Assembly: GCA_044345135.1 (NCBI GenBank) | Contig: JBIJBR010000001.1 | Location: 1 to 35,297, forward strand | Source of the DNA: Vampirovibrionales bacterium | Lineage (GTDB): Bacteria; Cyanobacteriota; Vampirovibrionia; Vampirovibrionales; JAJTHC01 | Reading direction: 5' to 3' | DNA: 35,297 bases | In this document: one piece after another, positions 1-7,953 of the stretch | Layout of the letters: the number at the start of each line of letters is the position of its first letter | How positions within the stretch are numbered: the stretch's first letter is position 1 | Made by a program: the position numbers and the translations under genes | Notes under the pieces: model-generated | Seen by the model: only the letters and a program-made list of their open reading frames with translations | Databases searched by the model: none | Told to the model about the DNA's origin: nothing

Positions 1-1
1 C

Positions 2-247
2 TGGAAGACGGACCGCTTGATTAAAATGGATCGTTTGATTCTTAAGCTGGCCTTGGCTGAAATTCTCTATGAAACAGACATTGATTATAATGTTTCCGTC
101 AACGAAGCGGTGGAGTTGGCGAAGGTATATTCTTTACCCGAAAGCTATAAATTCATCAATGGTGTTTTAGGGAAAGTCTTGCAAGATTTAAAAGAAGCGC
201 AAGACGAAACAAGTCTGGCGTCTTCCCCTTTAAATGCGACGACATAA
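2..247 (+). CDS. nusB: Transcription antitermination factor NusB, C-terminal part (gene starts left of the window)
   Basis: The frame is open from the window edge. WKTDRLIKMDRLILKLALAEILYE...NEAVELAKVYS...KFINGVLGKV matches the conserved C-terminal helices of NusB. TAA stop at 245-247. Confidence 0.85.
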   Translation, partial: WKTDRLIKMDRLILKLALAEILYETDIDYNVSVNEAVELAKVYSLPESYKFINGVLGKVLQDLKEAQDETSLASSPLNATT

Positions 248-357
248 GGTGAAATAGCCACCGTTTCGTTAAGATTGCTTTAGACATCCTCTATCTTTGA
301 TCGGTCATTTAAAGTATACTGAACCTGTTGTTGCTTGATGATAGAGGATATTATTTT

Positions 358-1215
358 ATGTTAGCCACCCAAACTCTTTTAATTCACCCTACAGCGGTGG
401 TACATGAAACCGCTCGTATTCATCCCACAGCGCAAATTGGGGCCTATTGTTTTGTGGGTCCTTTTTGTGAAATTGGGGAAGGTTGCGTCTTGCATCATCA
501 CGTCAGTTTGGTGACGCATACCATTTTAGGCGAATTCAACACCTTGCATAGTCAAGTCGTTTTAGGGGGAGATCCGCAAGATTTTAAATACAAAGGTGAA
601 ACCTCTTGGCTCAAGGTGGGGAATCACAACGTCTTTCGTGAATTTTCAACCGTGCATCGTGCCACAGGCGAAGCGCAATCCACCACGGTGGGAGATTATA
701 ATTACATCATGGCTTATGTTCATATCGGGCATAATAGCAGAATGGGCGACCATAACACCATTGCCAATGGAACACAAATTGCGGGACATATCATTATAGA
801 AGATTATATTGTTATGGGCGGTTTAGTGGCCTGTCATCAAGGAATCCATATTGGAAGTTATAGCATGATTGGCGGTTGTTCTGGTGTGCGACGCAATGTG
901 CCCCCTTATGCGTTGATTGTGGGGGCGGATGAAGCCAAGATTGCAGGACTCAATACCGTAGGCCTACGTCGTAATGGATTTAATGCGCAGACACGGGTCC
1001 AAATCAAACAGGCCTATCGACAATTATTTTATAGTACGGATTTATTTCGTGATCGTTTAAATACCGCCAAAGCCCATTGTAAAGAAGACAATCCCGCCTT
1101 AAAGCGACTTATTGATTTTGTTGAAGAGGGGGGAGGCTCCAGAGGGCTCTGTGGCGTAACACGACGGGCGCACAATACTTCAATATCCTTAGAACACGAA
1201 GAAGGAGCTGAATAG
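358..1215 (+). CDS. lpxA: Acyl-ACP--UDP-N-acetylglucosamine O-acyltransferase (LpxA)
   Basis: Hexapeptide left-handed beta-helix followed by the LpxA-type helical C-domain (IHPTAVVHETARIHPTAQIGAYCFVGP, GGDPQDFKYKGE, VGNHNVFREFSTVHRAT, NTVGLRRNGF). ATG 358 has GAGGA 9 nt upstream and is preferred over the TTG at 328 used by the ORF track. Confidence 0.9.
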   Translation: MLATQTLLIHPTAVVHETARIHPTAQIGAYCFVGPFCEIGEGCVLHHHVSLVTHTILGEFNTLHSQVVLGGDPQDFKYKGETSWLKVGNHNVFREFSTVHRATGEAQSTTVGDYNYIMAYVHIGHNSRMGDHNTIANGTQIAGHIIIEDYIVMGGLVACHQGIHIGSYSMIGGCSGVRRNVPPYALIVGADEAKIAGLNTVGLRRNGFNAQTRVQIKQAYRQLFYSTDLFRDRLNTAKAHCKEDNPALKRLIDFVEEGGGSRGLCGVTRRAHNTSISLEHEEGAE

Positions 1216-1217
1216 AC

Positions 1218-1898
1218 ATGATGACTTTGTGCGACGTATTAACCGCTTTATATCCTCACGCCATTATTCATAAAGGAGCCGTCATCGCCGAAGGGGTAGA
1301 CATTGCCGAAGGCGTTGAAATTTTTCCTTATGTGTACATTGGCGAAGGCTGTGTTTTAAAAAAAGACTGTAAAATTCATCCCTTTAGTACGCTAATGGCA
1401 GGGACTGTGGTGGGAGAAAACACCGAAGTGCGTCATAGTTATTTAGATGGTGCGCTAGTCGGTGCTGATGCTCAAATTGGCCCCTTTGCTCATCTTCGTC
1501 CTGGGACGATATTAGGAGATGGTGTTAAAATTGGAAACTTCGTGGAAACCAAAAATAGCACGATTGGCTCCGCTTCCTACGTGTCACACCTTTCTTATAT
1601 TGGAGATGCCACCGTAGGCTCGCACGTCAATATTGGAGCAGGAACCATTACCGCCAATTTTAATCCCTATACAGGGGTGAAGGCACGTACCGTGATTGGA
1701 GAAGGTGCCAAAGTGGGGGCTAATAGCGTACTGATTGCACCCGTGACGGTGGAAGCAGGCGCTTCGGTCGCCGCAAGTACGACGATTACCAAAACCGTCC
1801 CTACAGGCAGTCTCGCCATTGCACGAGAAAAACAACGAAATATACCTAATTGGGTCAGTAAACAAGACCAAATAAAAGAATTTTCAGAAAAAAAGTGA
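1218..1898 (+). CDS. glmU: GlmU-like glucosamine-1-phosphate N-acetyltransferase, beta-helix domain only (no N-terminal uridyltransferase domain)
   Basis: 226 aa. GPFAHLRPGTILGDGVKIGNFVETKNSTIG...HLSYIGDATVGSHVNIGAGTITANF...IGEGAKVGANSVLIAPVTV is the signature of the C-terminal half of GlmU. The ATG lies 2 nt after the lpxA stop with GAAGGAG upstream. lpxA occupies the upstream sequence, so no pyrophosphorylase domain can be encoded there. Confidence 0.8.
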   Translation: MMTLCDVLTALYPHAIIHKGAVIAEGVDIAEGVEIFPYVYIGEGCVLKKDCKIHPFSTLMAGTVVGENTEVRHSYLDGALVGADAQIGPFAHLRPGTILGDGVKIGNFVETKNSTIGSASYVSHLSYIGDATVGSHVNIGAGTITANFNPYTGVKARTVIGEGAKVGANSVLIAPVTVEAGASVAASTTITKTVPTGSLAIAREKQRNIPNWVSKQDQIKEFSEKK

Positions 1899-1924
1899 CA
1901 CAAAACATAAAATATGTGTATAAT
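1895..1924 (+). promoter_or_regulatory. Candidate sigma70-type promoter (GTGACA - 18 nt - TATAAT)
   Basis: GTGACA at 1895-1900 (overlaps the upstream stop codon) and TATAAT at 1919-1924, 100 nt upstream of hup. Sequence match only. Confidence 0.3.
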
Positions 1925-1932
1925 CGGTGTAT

Positions 1933-1965
1933 AACCCCTAAATAGATACGTATAAAGGGGTTTTT
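1933..1965 (+). terminator. Hairpin plus T5, possible intrinsic terminator of the lpxA/glmU-like pair
   Basis: AACCCCT (1933-1939) pairs with AGGGGTT (1956-1962). 7-bp stem, 16-nt loop, T run 1961-1965, 35 nt after the stop at 1898. Confidence 0.45.
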
Positions 1966-2024
1966 CATTTATAGTCACTACAAATGAAGTTAGAACCCTT
2001 GTTTTTATTTTAGGAGATTTTTTC

Positions 2025-2339
2025 ATGGTAAATAAAGAAGAGCTCGTACAAGCCGTTGCCAAGCAAACACAAAGTTCTCAAAAAGATGTTGCAGCTACCT
2101 TGGCTGCTTTGTTGGAACAAATTGAAGGCGCTGTGGCTCAAGGTGAAAAAGTAACCTTGGTTGGTTTTGGAACTTTTGAACCTCGTGAACGTGCAGAACG
2201 TACGGGTCGCAACCCTCAAACAGGTGCCGAAATTAAAATCGCGGCCAAAAAAGTGCCTGCCTTTACTGCAGGTAAAAAGTTTAAAGACTTAGTCGCGGGC
2301 AATGCCAGTAACAAAAAAGTATTGGCTAGCAAGAAGTAA
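2025..2339 (+). CDS. hup: DNA-binding protein HU
   Basis: 104 aa. [46 protein letters not shown] is the canonical HU/IHF beta-arm. TAGGAG RBS lies 8 nt upstream of the ATG. Confidence 0.93.
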   Translation: MVNKEELVQAVAKQTQSSQKDVAATLAALLEQIEGAVAQGEKVTLVGFGTFEPRERAERTGRNPQTGAEIKIAAKKVPAFTAGKKFKDLVAGNASNKKVLASKK

Positions 2340-2366
2340 TTACTTCTTCGATTATTTTGATCTAAA

Positions 2367-2397
2367 GGCACCGTGGATTCTTCTACGGTGTCTTTTT
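2367..2397 (+). terminator. Rho-independent terminator after hup
   Basis: GGCACCGT (2367-2374) pairs with ACGGTGTC (2385-2392). 8 bp including one G-U, 10-nt loop, then T5 (2393-2397). Confidence 0.7.
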
Positions 2398-2604
2398 AAT
2401 TGCCCTTCTATTTTTCCTAACGAATGCCACCCCTAGATTTAAAAACTTTCTTGCTTATGTTTCTCTCCTAAAGCGTAGGGCTTATGTAACAAATCATTAC
2501 AAAAGTGGTACTTTCAATCTCTATACTTCGATACCCCTCAAGATGCGCTTACTACTTCAGTGAGCTATCTCTGTATAACTCTAAGTATAGGAACGTATTT
2601 TGCC

Positions 2605-3852
2605 ATGAACTTCAATATCAATTCAAGTAGTGCTTCTTTTTCTAATTACAATACGGCGAATACAGCCGCCAATCCCCATTCAGACTTGAAACCTTCTGAA
2701 TTTTTAGATTTAATTTCTGCCAGTGGAGATGTTTTCAGTAAACAAAATACCACGGTGGCGGAACCCTGCCTCCCTCGTTATAGCCAACAACCCAATGGAC
2801 TTTTTATTGCCGTACTCCTATCTATTCTGACGCGTTTAAATCCTCAAATCGGGCAACTCTTTACCCGATTATTTGATCTAATTTCTAATCGTAAACTCCC
2901 TATTGCTCCTTCGTTAGCTGGTATTAGTGAAAATGCAAGTCTTGGAACTTTTAAATCTGTTTTAAAAAACTCGAATTTTGATAACACCATCGCCCAGCAA
3001 GAATCGAAAGGCCCAGTTACTATTTTTGCACCGACGGAAGCCGCCTTTAATAAACTGGATCCTAAAGTTAAGGCCGCTTTACTCCTCCCTGAAAATAAAG
3101 CGACTTTAGATAAAATTTTACAGTATCATGTGGCAGATAAACCTTTGAAATTCACCGATGAACCGCAAAATATAGACAGCTTAAGAGAAAATACGGTGGA
3201 TCAAAGTGTTTTGACTGGTACGGCCGAAAAACCAAGCATTATTAACGGGAAGCAAATCATTACAGGACAAGCGGCCAAGACACTGCCCAACGGCTCTGTG
3301 CTGATTCCTGTTGATGACATCTTAATCCCACCTGATGTGGATTTAAGCAAGCTCGTCGGTCTCCCCGTAGTGGATCCTGTTCCCCCTGGAGATAACGCGA
3401 CGGCTTCTAAAGCTTTAAAAGCGAATACTCAGCTTGCCACACTGAATGCGCTGTTAGACGCGAGCCAATTGACCACCGCCTTATCTGATTTAGAAAAGAG
3501 CAAACCCGTGACCATTCTGGCACCGACAGAAGAAGCCTTTAATAAATTAGACCCTAAAATCAAAACAGCCTTATTAAAGCCTGAAAATAGTGAAATTTTA
3601 AAGCAAATTTTACAATATCACGTCAGTGGGGACGCTGTTAGTTTTAATGGCCAAACCAAAGGATTCGATTCTTTATTGGCGAATAACTTAGACAATAATG
3701 TCTTAACAGGAAGCGAAACAGCGCCTCGGGTGATTAATGGTCAGCAAATTGTTGAAGGTGAAAAAGTACTCACCACAGAAAATAAATCTATTATTGTGGC
3801 GATTAACGAAGTCTTAATCCCTCCAGGTTTGGATTTAAGCAAGCTGGTGTAA
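2605..3852 (+). CDS. Protein with two fasciclin (FAS1) domains
   Basis: Two FAS1 repeats: VTIFAPTEAAFNKLDPKVKAALL...ILQYHV and VTILAPTEEAFNKLDPKIKTALL...ILQYHV, each ending ..LIPPxxDLSKLV. ATG 2605 (AGGA 12 nt upstream) is preferred over GTG 2560. Confidence 0.85.
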   Translation: MNFNINSSSASFSNYNTANTAANPHSDLKPSEFLDLISASGDVFSKQNTTVAEPCLPRYSQQPNGLFIAVLLSILTRLNPQIGQLFTRLFDLISNRKLPIAPSLAGISENASLGTFKSVLKNSNFDNTIAQQESKGPVTIFAPTEAAFNKLDPKVKAALLLPENKATLDKILQYHVADKPLKFTDEPQNIDSLRENTVDQSVLTGTAEKPSIINGKQIITGQAAKTLPNGSVLIPVDDILIPPDVDLSKLVGLPVVDPVPPGDNATASKALKANTQLATLNALLDASQLTTALSDLEKSKPVTILAPTEEAFNKLDPKIKTALLKPENSEILKQILQYHVSGDAVSFNGQTKGFDSLLANNLDNNVLTGSETAPRVINGQQIVEGEKVLTTENKSIIVAINEVLIPPGLDLSKLV

Positions 3853-3876
3853 GCCTTCCCATTATTTGAAAAATTG

Positions 3877-3911
3877 ATACCCCTACTCTTTCATGGCGTG
3901 GGGGTATTTTT
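3877..3911. terminator. Bidirectional intrinsic terminator between the convergent FAS1 gene and dnaX
   Basis: ATACCCCTAC (3877-3886) pairs with GTGGGGGTAT (3898-3907). 10 bp including one G-U, 11-nt loop. T5 follows on the + strand and T5 (CAATTTTTC) on the - strand. Confidence 0.75.
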
Positions 3912-3936
3912 CAAATCTTTGAAAAATACCTAACGT

Positions 3937-6036
3937 TTAAAGATCCTCGTTTAACGCAGACTCTTCTTCAATGGTTTCGATCAACTCTTCACCCAAACTG
4001 GTGGCTTCAAGATCCGTCGCCTGTAGAAGTTGCGTGACAAAGCCTCTGGATTCTTCCCAGTTTTCGCCTGACCCCTGCAAAATAAGCGGTCCACTTTCTG
4101 CTGGAGCATTCGGGAGTGGAGGAGGAGACAAGGGAGGCGTACTTAATTCATCTTCCCATAAAGGAGGGGCTTCCTCTGAAGGGGCGGGCAGAATTTCTTC
4201 AAACAGTAAAGACGGCATGTCGGCCAAGGGAGAAAGTAAAGGAGCACTCGTCGCCTCTTCCACGCTAGGAGGCAAAGCAAGAGAAGAAGGAGAAGAAGCA
4301 GGCTCTCGAGACGTGACGGAGGGGCTGGCTGAAGTCATGGTCGGCATGGAGGGAGCGGACGGCAACGACGGGGCATCTAAACGCGTTTGAGAGGCAGGCA
4401 AAGGTGCAGTGCTAGTGGTATTAAACGCAATATGAATATCCTGACCCAAAACATGAGCGGCCGCTTCTTTATATTGACCCAATTTATCAGGTGTTTGCAT
4501 CATTTTAAGTAAGGCAGGACTTTTACAAGACAAGACGATTTTTGAGGCGTCTTGAGACAAAATATGCACATGTTGTAAAAATAAAGGACGTGCGGCCCCT
4601 GAACGAATGGCGTGGCAAATACGCTGATGCAAATCCTGTAGATTCCCCGTCGGACTTGGGGGAGGAGTGGCAGGGGTGACTCGTGGAGAGGCGGTGGGTT
4701 GGGAGGAAACCGAGAGGGGAGTTCCCGTTTGCAATGTAGGTGATGCAAGGGGAGCAGGCGCCAAGGGGGGGTGATAAGCCGGTGGCCCTGTAGGAGGCAA
4801 CGCCGTCGGCATGGACGGTGCGGGTAAGGTCGCCGCGTAAGCGGGAGGTGACTTTAAAGACAAGGCCTTGACTTGCGCTTCTAAGGCATCAATGCGCTGA
4901 ATCAACGGACTTAAATCCGTGTCAAAGGTTTTTAAGGTCATCGCCAATAAGCCCACTTCTAAAGTCAAGGCGGGGTCTTGCGCACTGCGAAGTTCTTGCT
5001 CTAAACGATGCAAGGCGTTCATCATCCCTGTGATTTGGGCAGGTGTTACGCGAGGGGCCAAGGTCTTAACCGCTTCTAGCACCGCTTCAGAGGTATCTAA
5101 ATCATCGGGGCTCAACAGCTCTATTCCCACAGAAGCCGCCACCAACACATGACGCAGGCTCAACATTAAAGGCTGTACCACTTGTCGCGCTTCTATGCCC
5201 CCACGGTTAAAGCCGTCTAAATAGTTTAAAACGTGGAGGCAATCTTCTTCAAGCACGGCTTTTAAAAGGGCAATCATTTGCTCTTCAGGCACTTCACCTA
5301 AAAATTCAATTAAGGCCGCAAGCGTAAACGGGTCGCTTTGAGAGCGAGCCAAAACCGCGCTTTGATCCAAAGTCGAAAGGGCGTCACGCAGTCCCCCACG
5401 GGCTTGCCTCGCCAAATGGAGCAGGGCGTCCGCTTCAATGTTTAAAGACTCCATCTGGCACACTTCAATTAAGTGTTGGTGAATGGCGGGGGTTGAAATA
5501 CGGTTAAAATGAAACTGCTGGCATCGCGATACAATCGTAGGTAAAACCTTATGGGCTTCGGTGGTCGCAAAAATAAAGACCACACGATTCGGTGGTTCTT
5601 CCAAGGTTTTGAGTAAGGCGTTAAAAGCTTGGGTAGACAACATATGAATTTCATCAATAATATAAATTTTATAGCCAGAACCCATGGGGGAAAATTGGCA
5701 AGATTCAATCAGGTCTCGCGCGTCTTCCACCCCACCGTTTGATGCAGCATCAAATTCAATGACGTCTAAATCATGACCATCTGTAATATTGATACAAGAA
5801 TCACAGGTTTGACAAGGCGTTGCCGTCGGGCCTTGCTGACAATTTAAAGACTTGGCCAAAATACGAGCAGACGAGGTCTTCCCCGTGCCTCGAGGACCCG
5901 TAAATAAGTAGGCATGCGCAATGCGCTTCATTTCAATAGCATGACCCAAGGCCTGCGCTACGGAGGCTTGTCCGACCAGTTGCGCCAGCGTCTGCGGGCG
6001 ATATTTACGATACAAGGGAAAATGCGACTGTAGCAT
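3937..6036 (-). CDS. dnaX: DNA polymerase III subunit gamma/tau
   Basis: Clamp-loader AAA+ module: YRKYRPQTLAQLVGQ, LFTGPRGTGKTS, zinc module CQQGPTATPCQTCDSC, IYIIDEIHML, SRCQ. A Pro/Ser/Ala/Thr-rich tail of about 300 aa follows. Confidence 0.93.
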   Translation of the reverse strand: MLQSHFPLYRKYRPQTLAQLVGQASVAQALGHAIEMKRIAHAYLFTGPRGTGKTSSARILAKSLNCQQGPTATPCQTCDSCINITDGHDLDVIEFDAASNGGVEDARDLIESCQFSPMGSGYKIYIIDEIHMLSTQAFNALLKTLEEPPNRVVFIFATTEAHKVLPTIVSRCQQFHFNRISTPAIHQHLIEVCQMESLNIEADALLHLARQARGGLRDALSTLDQSAVLARSQSDPFTLAALIEFLGEVPEEQMIALLKAVLEEDCLHVLNYLDGFNRGGIEARQVVQPLMLSLRHVLVAASVGIELLSPDDLDTSEAVLEAVKTLAPRVTPAQITGMMNALHRLEQELRSAQDPALTLEVGLLAMTLKTFDTDLSPLIQRIDALEAQVKALSLKSPPAYAATLPAPSMPTALPPTGPPAYHPPLAPAPLASPTLQTGTPLSVSSQPTASPRVTPATPPPSPTGNLQDLHQRICHAIRSGAARPLFLQHVHILSQDASKIVLSCKSPALLKMMQTPDKLGQYKEAAAHVLGQDIHIAFNTTSTAPLPASQTRLDAPSLPSAPSMPTMTSASPSVTSREPASSPSSLALPPSVEEATSAPLLSPLADMPSLLFEEILPAPSEEAPPLWEDELSTPPLSPPPLPNAPAESGPLILQGSGENWEESRGFVTQLLQATDLEATSLGEELIETIEEESALNEDL

Positions 6037-6192
6037 GAAGCAAAAAACCTATGGTTTGAATCTATTTTGAACGTTTTTTTGAATACGCGTATTGTTTTTG
6101 TTAGCATAACATGAATGTGTTTTTAGGTGTTCCAAAAAACGAGTGTTTTGGTTTTAGTGCTGGTATTAAGATGGCTATTAAGGTATTTGTCT

Positions 6193-7086
6193 ATGAGACC
6201 CCCTGCTTTCCCTTCTCTTTACGACGAAATTTATGCCCGAAAGAGGCCGAACCCCTCTTTTTATGAGGCGGTGCGCCAGCAGTGGGAAGCGTCTTCCTTA
6301 GCGCGGGCTGAAAAAGCACCGACGTCGAAAGCACCTGTTAAAGCAGGTCAACTCAGACCGAGTAAGGCTATTTTAGGGGCGGGGGGGATTCTTTTGGCAG
6401 GCGTGGCATTTTACGCCTTATTTTGGGAGAAACTCAGCACGGCGCTATTGGGGAAAACGACCCCTTTAGAAAAACCACTGCACCCCAGTTTAGAAGCCCC
6501 CCCCCCGAGGGAACGCGTGGTAGAAGTCCGCGAAAAAGACTGGTCTGAACAAGCAGGGCAAGTCATCGATGAAGTATTCAAAGGAGGGGGGAACGCATGG
6601 AATGAAGCAAAAAACAACATAGGGAACACCGCTAAAAACGGGTGGGGACAAGCTGTAAGAAGTTATCAAGAAATAGACGGAAACCTAAAAAGTACAATTA
6701 TAAAACACACACCCATTGTACCCTCCCCCACGGGAAATAGCGTCTCCGATTTTATTTATCAGATGGTACCTCCTGCCTTAGATTTTACTTATCAGATATT
6801 TGCTTATGTGATGTGTGTGATGGCCAAACTCGCTTATCCTGCTGATATAAAAAATCCTGAGACAGACGCCGAAAATACCAATCAGCAAGTGGCAGAAGCA
6901 GTAAATAAAAACAGAAGGAATGCGTGGAGGAGGCCTCCCTCTGGCAGCGAAAAAGGGCCCGTCAAACCCAGTACAGAGGGGGCTCTCGCTAAAACAAAAA
7001 AAGTGGGCGCTTGGTTCATGAAAACGTATTTCGGAGCGGGACAGGGAAAAGTAAAAGTAAGAATCTCTAAACCCCCAAAACCCTAG
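6193..7086 (+). CDS. Hypothetical membrane protein (one clear TM helix), carries C10/G7/G6 homopolymer runs
   Basis: No family recognised. TM helix ILGAGGILLAGVAFYALFW. ATG 6193 (AAGG 9 nt upstream) is preferred, and GTG 6127 from the ORF track is possible. Confidence 0.6.
   Translation: MRPPAFPSLYDEIYARKRPNPSFYEAVRQQWEASSLARAEKAPTSKAPVKAGQLRPSKAILGAGGILLAGVAFYALFWEKLSTALLGKTTPLEKPLHPSLEAPPPRERVVEVREKDWSEQAGQVIDEVFKGGGNAWNEAKNNIGNTAKNGWGQAVRSYQEIDGNLKSTIIKHTPIVPSPTGNSVSDFIYQMVPPALDFTYQIFAYVMCVMAKLAYPADIKNPETDAENTNQQVAEAVNKNRRNAWRRPPSGSEKGPVKPSTEGALAKTKKVGAWFMKTYFGAGQGKVKVRISKPPKP
6497..6506 (+). repeat. C10 homopolymer tract inside the CDS (codons Ala-Pro-Pro-Pro)
   Basis: Read directly as gaa gCC CCC CCC CCg agg, confirmed against the ORF-track translation LEAPPPRE. 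It is the longest G/C homopolymer I noticed in the window. Confidence 0.9.
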
Positions 7087-7160
7087 CCGACGCAGGCAAG
7101 TAAAAGTCGGAGATTTCAGCACGACAAAGCGTTACGAGCAAAAAAACACGTGTTAGCACT

Positions 7161-7790
7161 TTAGAGTAGAGGCTCTAGCCACTCTTCTTCTTGATCCGCC
7201 GCCAAGTTTCGATGCGTCGTCGAACGCGCGTCTTTGCCTTTAATTCCCAAACGCGCCTGTTTTGCTTTGCGACGCGCTACATCTTCTTCACGCCGAGATT
7301 TCGTCACCACGGAAGGTTCCTTTAGGCGCATGTACAAGGTGGCGTTTTGATGATGTTCCTGATGACGCCCTTCATCTGAGCGAAGTTGTATGCCTTGGGC
7401 TTGGCGCTGACTCAAGTCAGACTGATTAAGACGATCAAGCTGATTTAAAAACTGACGGGTCGAATTGGCCAATTGTTGCAATTGCCCCAAAACGGAAGGG
7501 GCTTTTTGAGGCACTTCCAAAGCGGATCGTTGCATATTACTTTGCTGAACGTTTTGCTTTTCAAAGACGTCTTGATCCAACTGCTTACGTTGCTGAATAA
7601 TGGCTTGCGTGGAGCCTAATCGAGGTTGAGGCGGAGGAGGGGAAGTAATTTCATGTTGATGCTGTAAGTGGGGCTCTAAGGCCATACGCTTGGCCTGCGT
7701 TCGATCCAACCCCCCTTGTAAGGGCGCATCATAAGGCGAAGGCATGTTAAACTTTCGACCTGAACTCAGTGGGGAAGAACCCATCATCAT
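7161..7790 (-). CDS. Hypothetical Gln/Arg-rich protein
   Basis: Long ORF with no family recognised. ATG 7790 has AGGA 8 nt upstream (the ORF track starts at TTG 7796). Confidence 0.55.
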   Translation of the reverse strand: MMMGSSPLSSGRKFNMPSPYDAPLQGGLDRTQAKRMALEPHLQHQHEITSPPPPQPRLGSTQAIIQQRKQLDQDVFEKQNVQQSNMQRSALEVPQKAPSVLGQLQQLANSTRQFLNQLDRLNQSDLSQRQAQGIQLRSDEGRHQEHHQNATLYMRLKEPSVVTKSRREEDVARRKAKQARLGIKGKDARSTTHRNLAADQEEEWLEPLL

Positions 7791-7953
7791 ACGCAATATC
7801 CTAAACCATTTTGTCCTGAAACCATTTCAAAACCAAACACGGGAGCAAACACTTAGCGAATACGATTCAATCTAAATACTACGATACATCACTTAAAAAA
7901 GCAAGCGTTTAACTACAATTGTAATAATTTTATTTCGTGGAAGTTATAAACGG

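Noticed and set aside
596-799. 67-aa ORF in an alternative frame inside lpxA
   Set aside because: It lies entirely within a confidently identified gene, has no motif, and is a typical frame shadow.
1584-2219. Three antisense ORFs (1584-1871, 1667-2062, 2010-2219) opposite the glmU-like gene and hup
   Set aside because: They overlap strongly supported genes on the other strand. Their peptides are low-complexity or Cys-rich shadows, and they have no RBS.
3971-4390. 139-aa Gly/Ser-rich ORF on the + strand
   Set aside because: It is the mirror image of the Pro-rich dnaX tail (CCN codons read as GGN), so it is a compositional artefact.
3937-6036. Search for a dnaX programmed frameshift site
   Set aside because: I scanned the coding strand by eye for an A-rich slippery heptamer (CTTTTTT on the + strand). 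I found only A5 runs, so nothing is reportable.
7145-7154. Perfect 10-bp palindrome AACACGTGTT between convergent genes
   Set aside because: About 30 perfect 10-bp palindromes are expected by chance in 35 kb. It cannot form a stable hairpin (there is no loop) and no second copy was seen.
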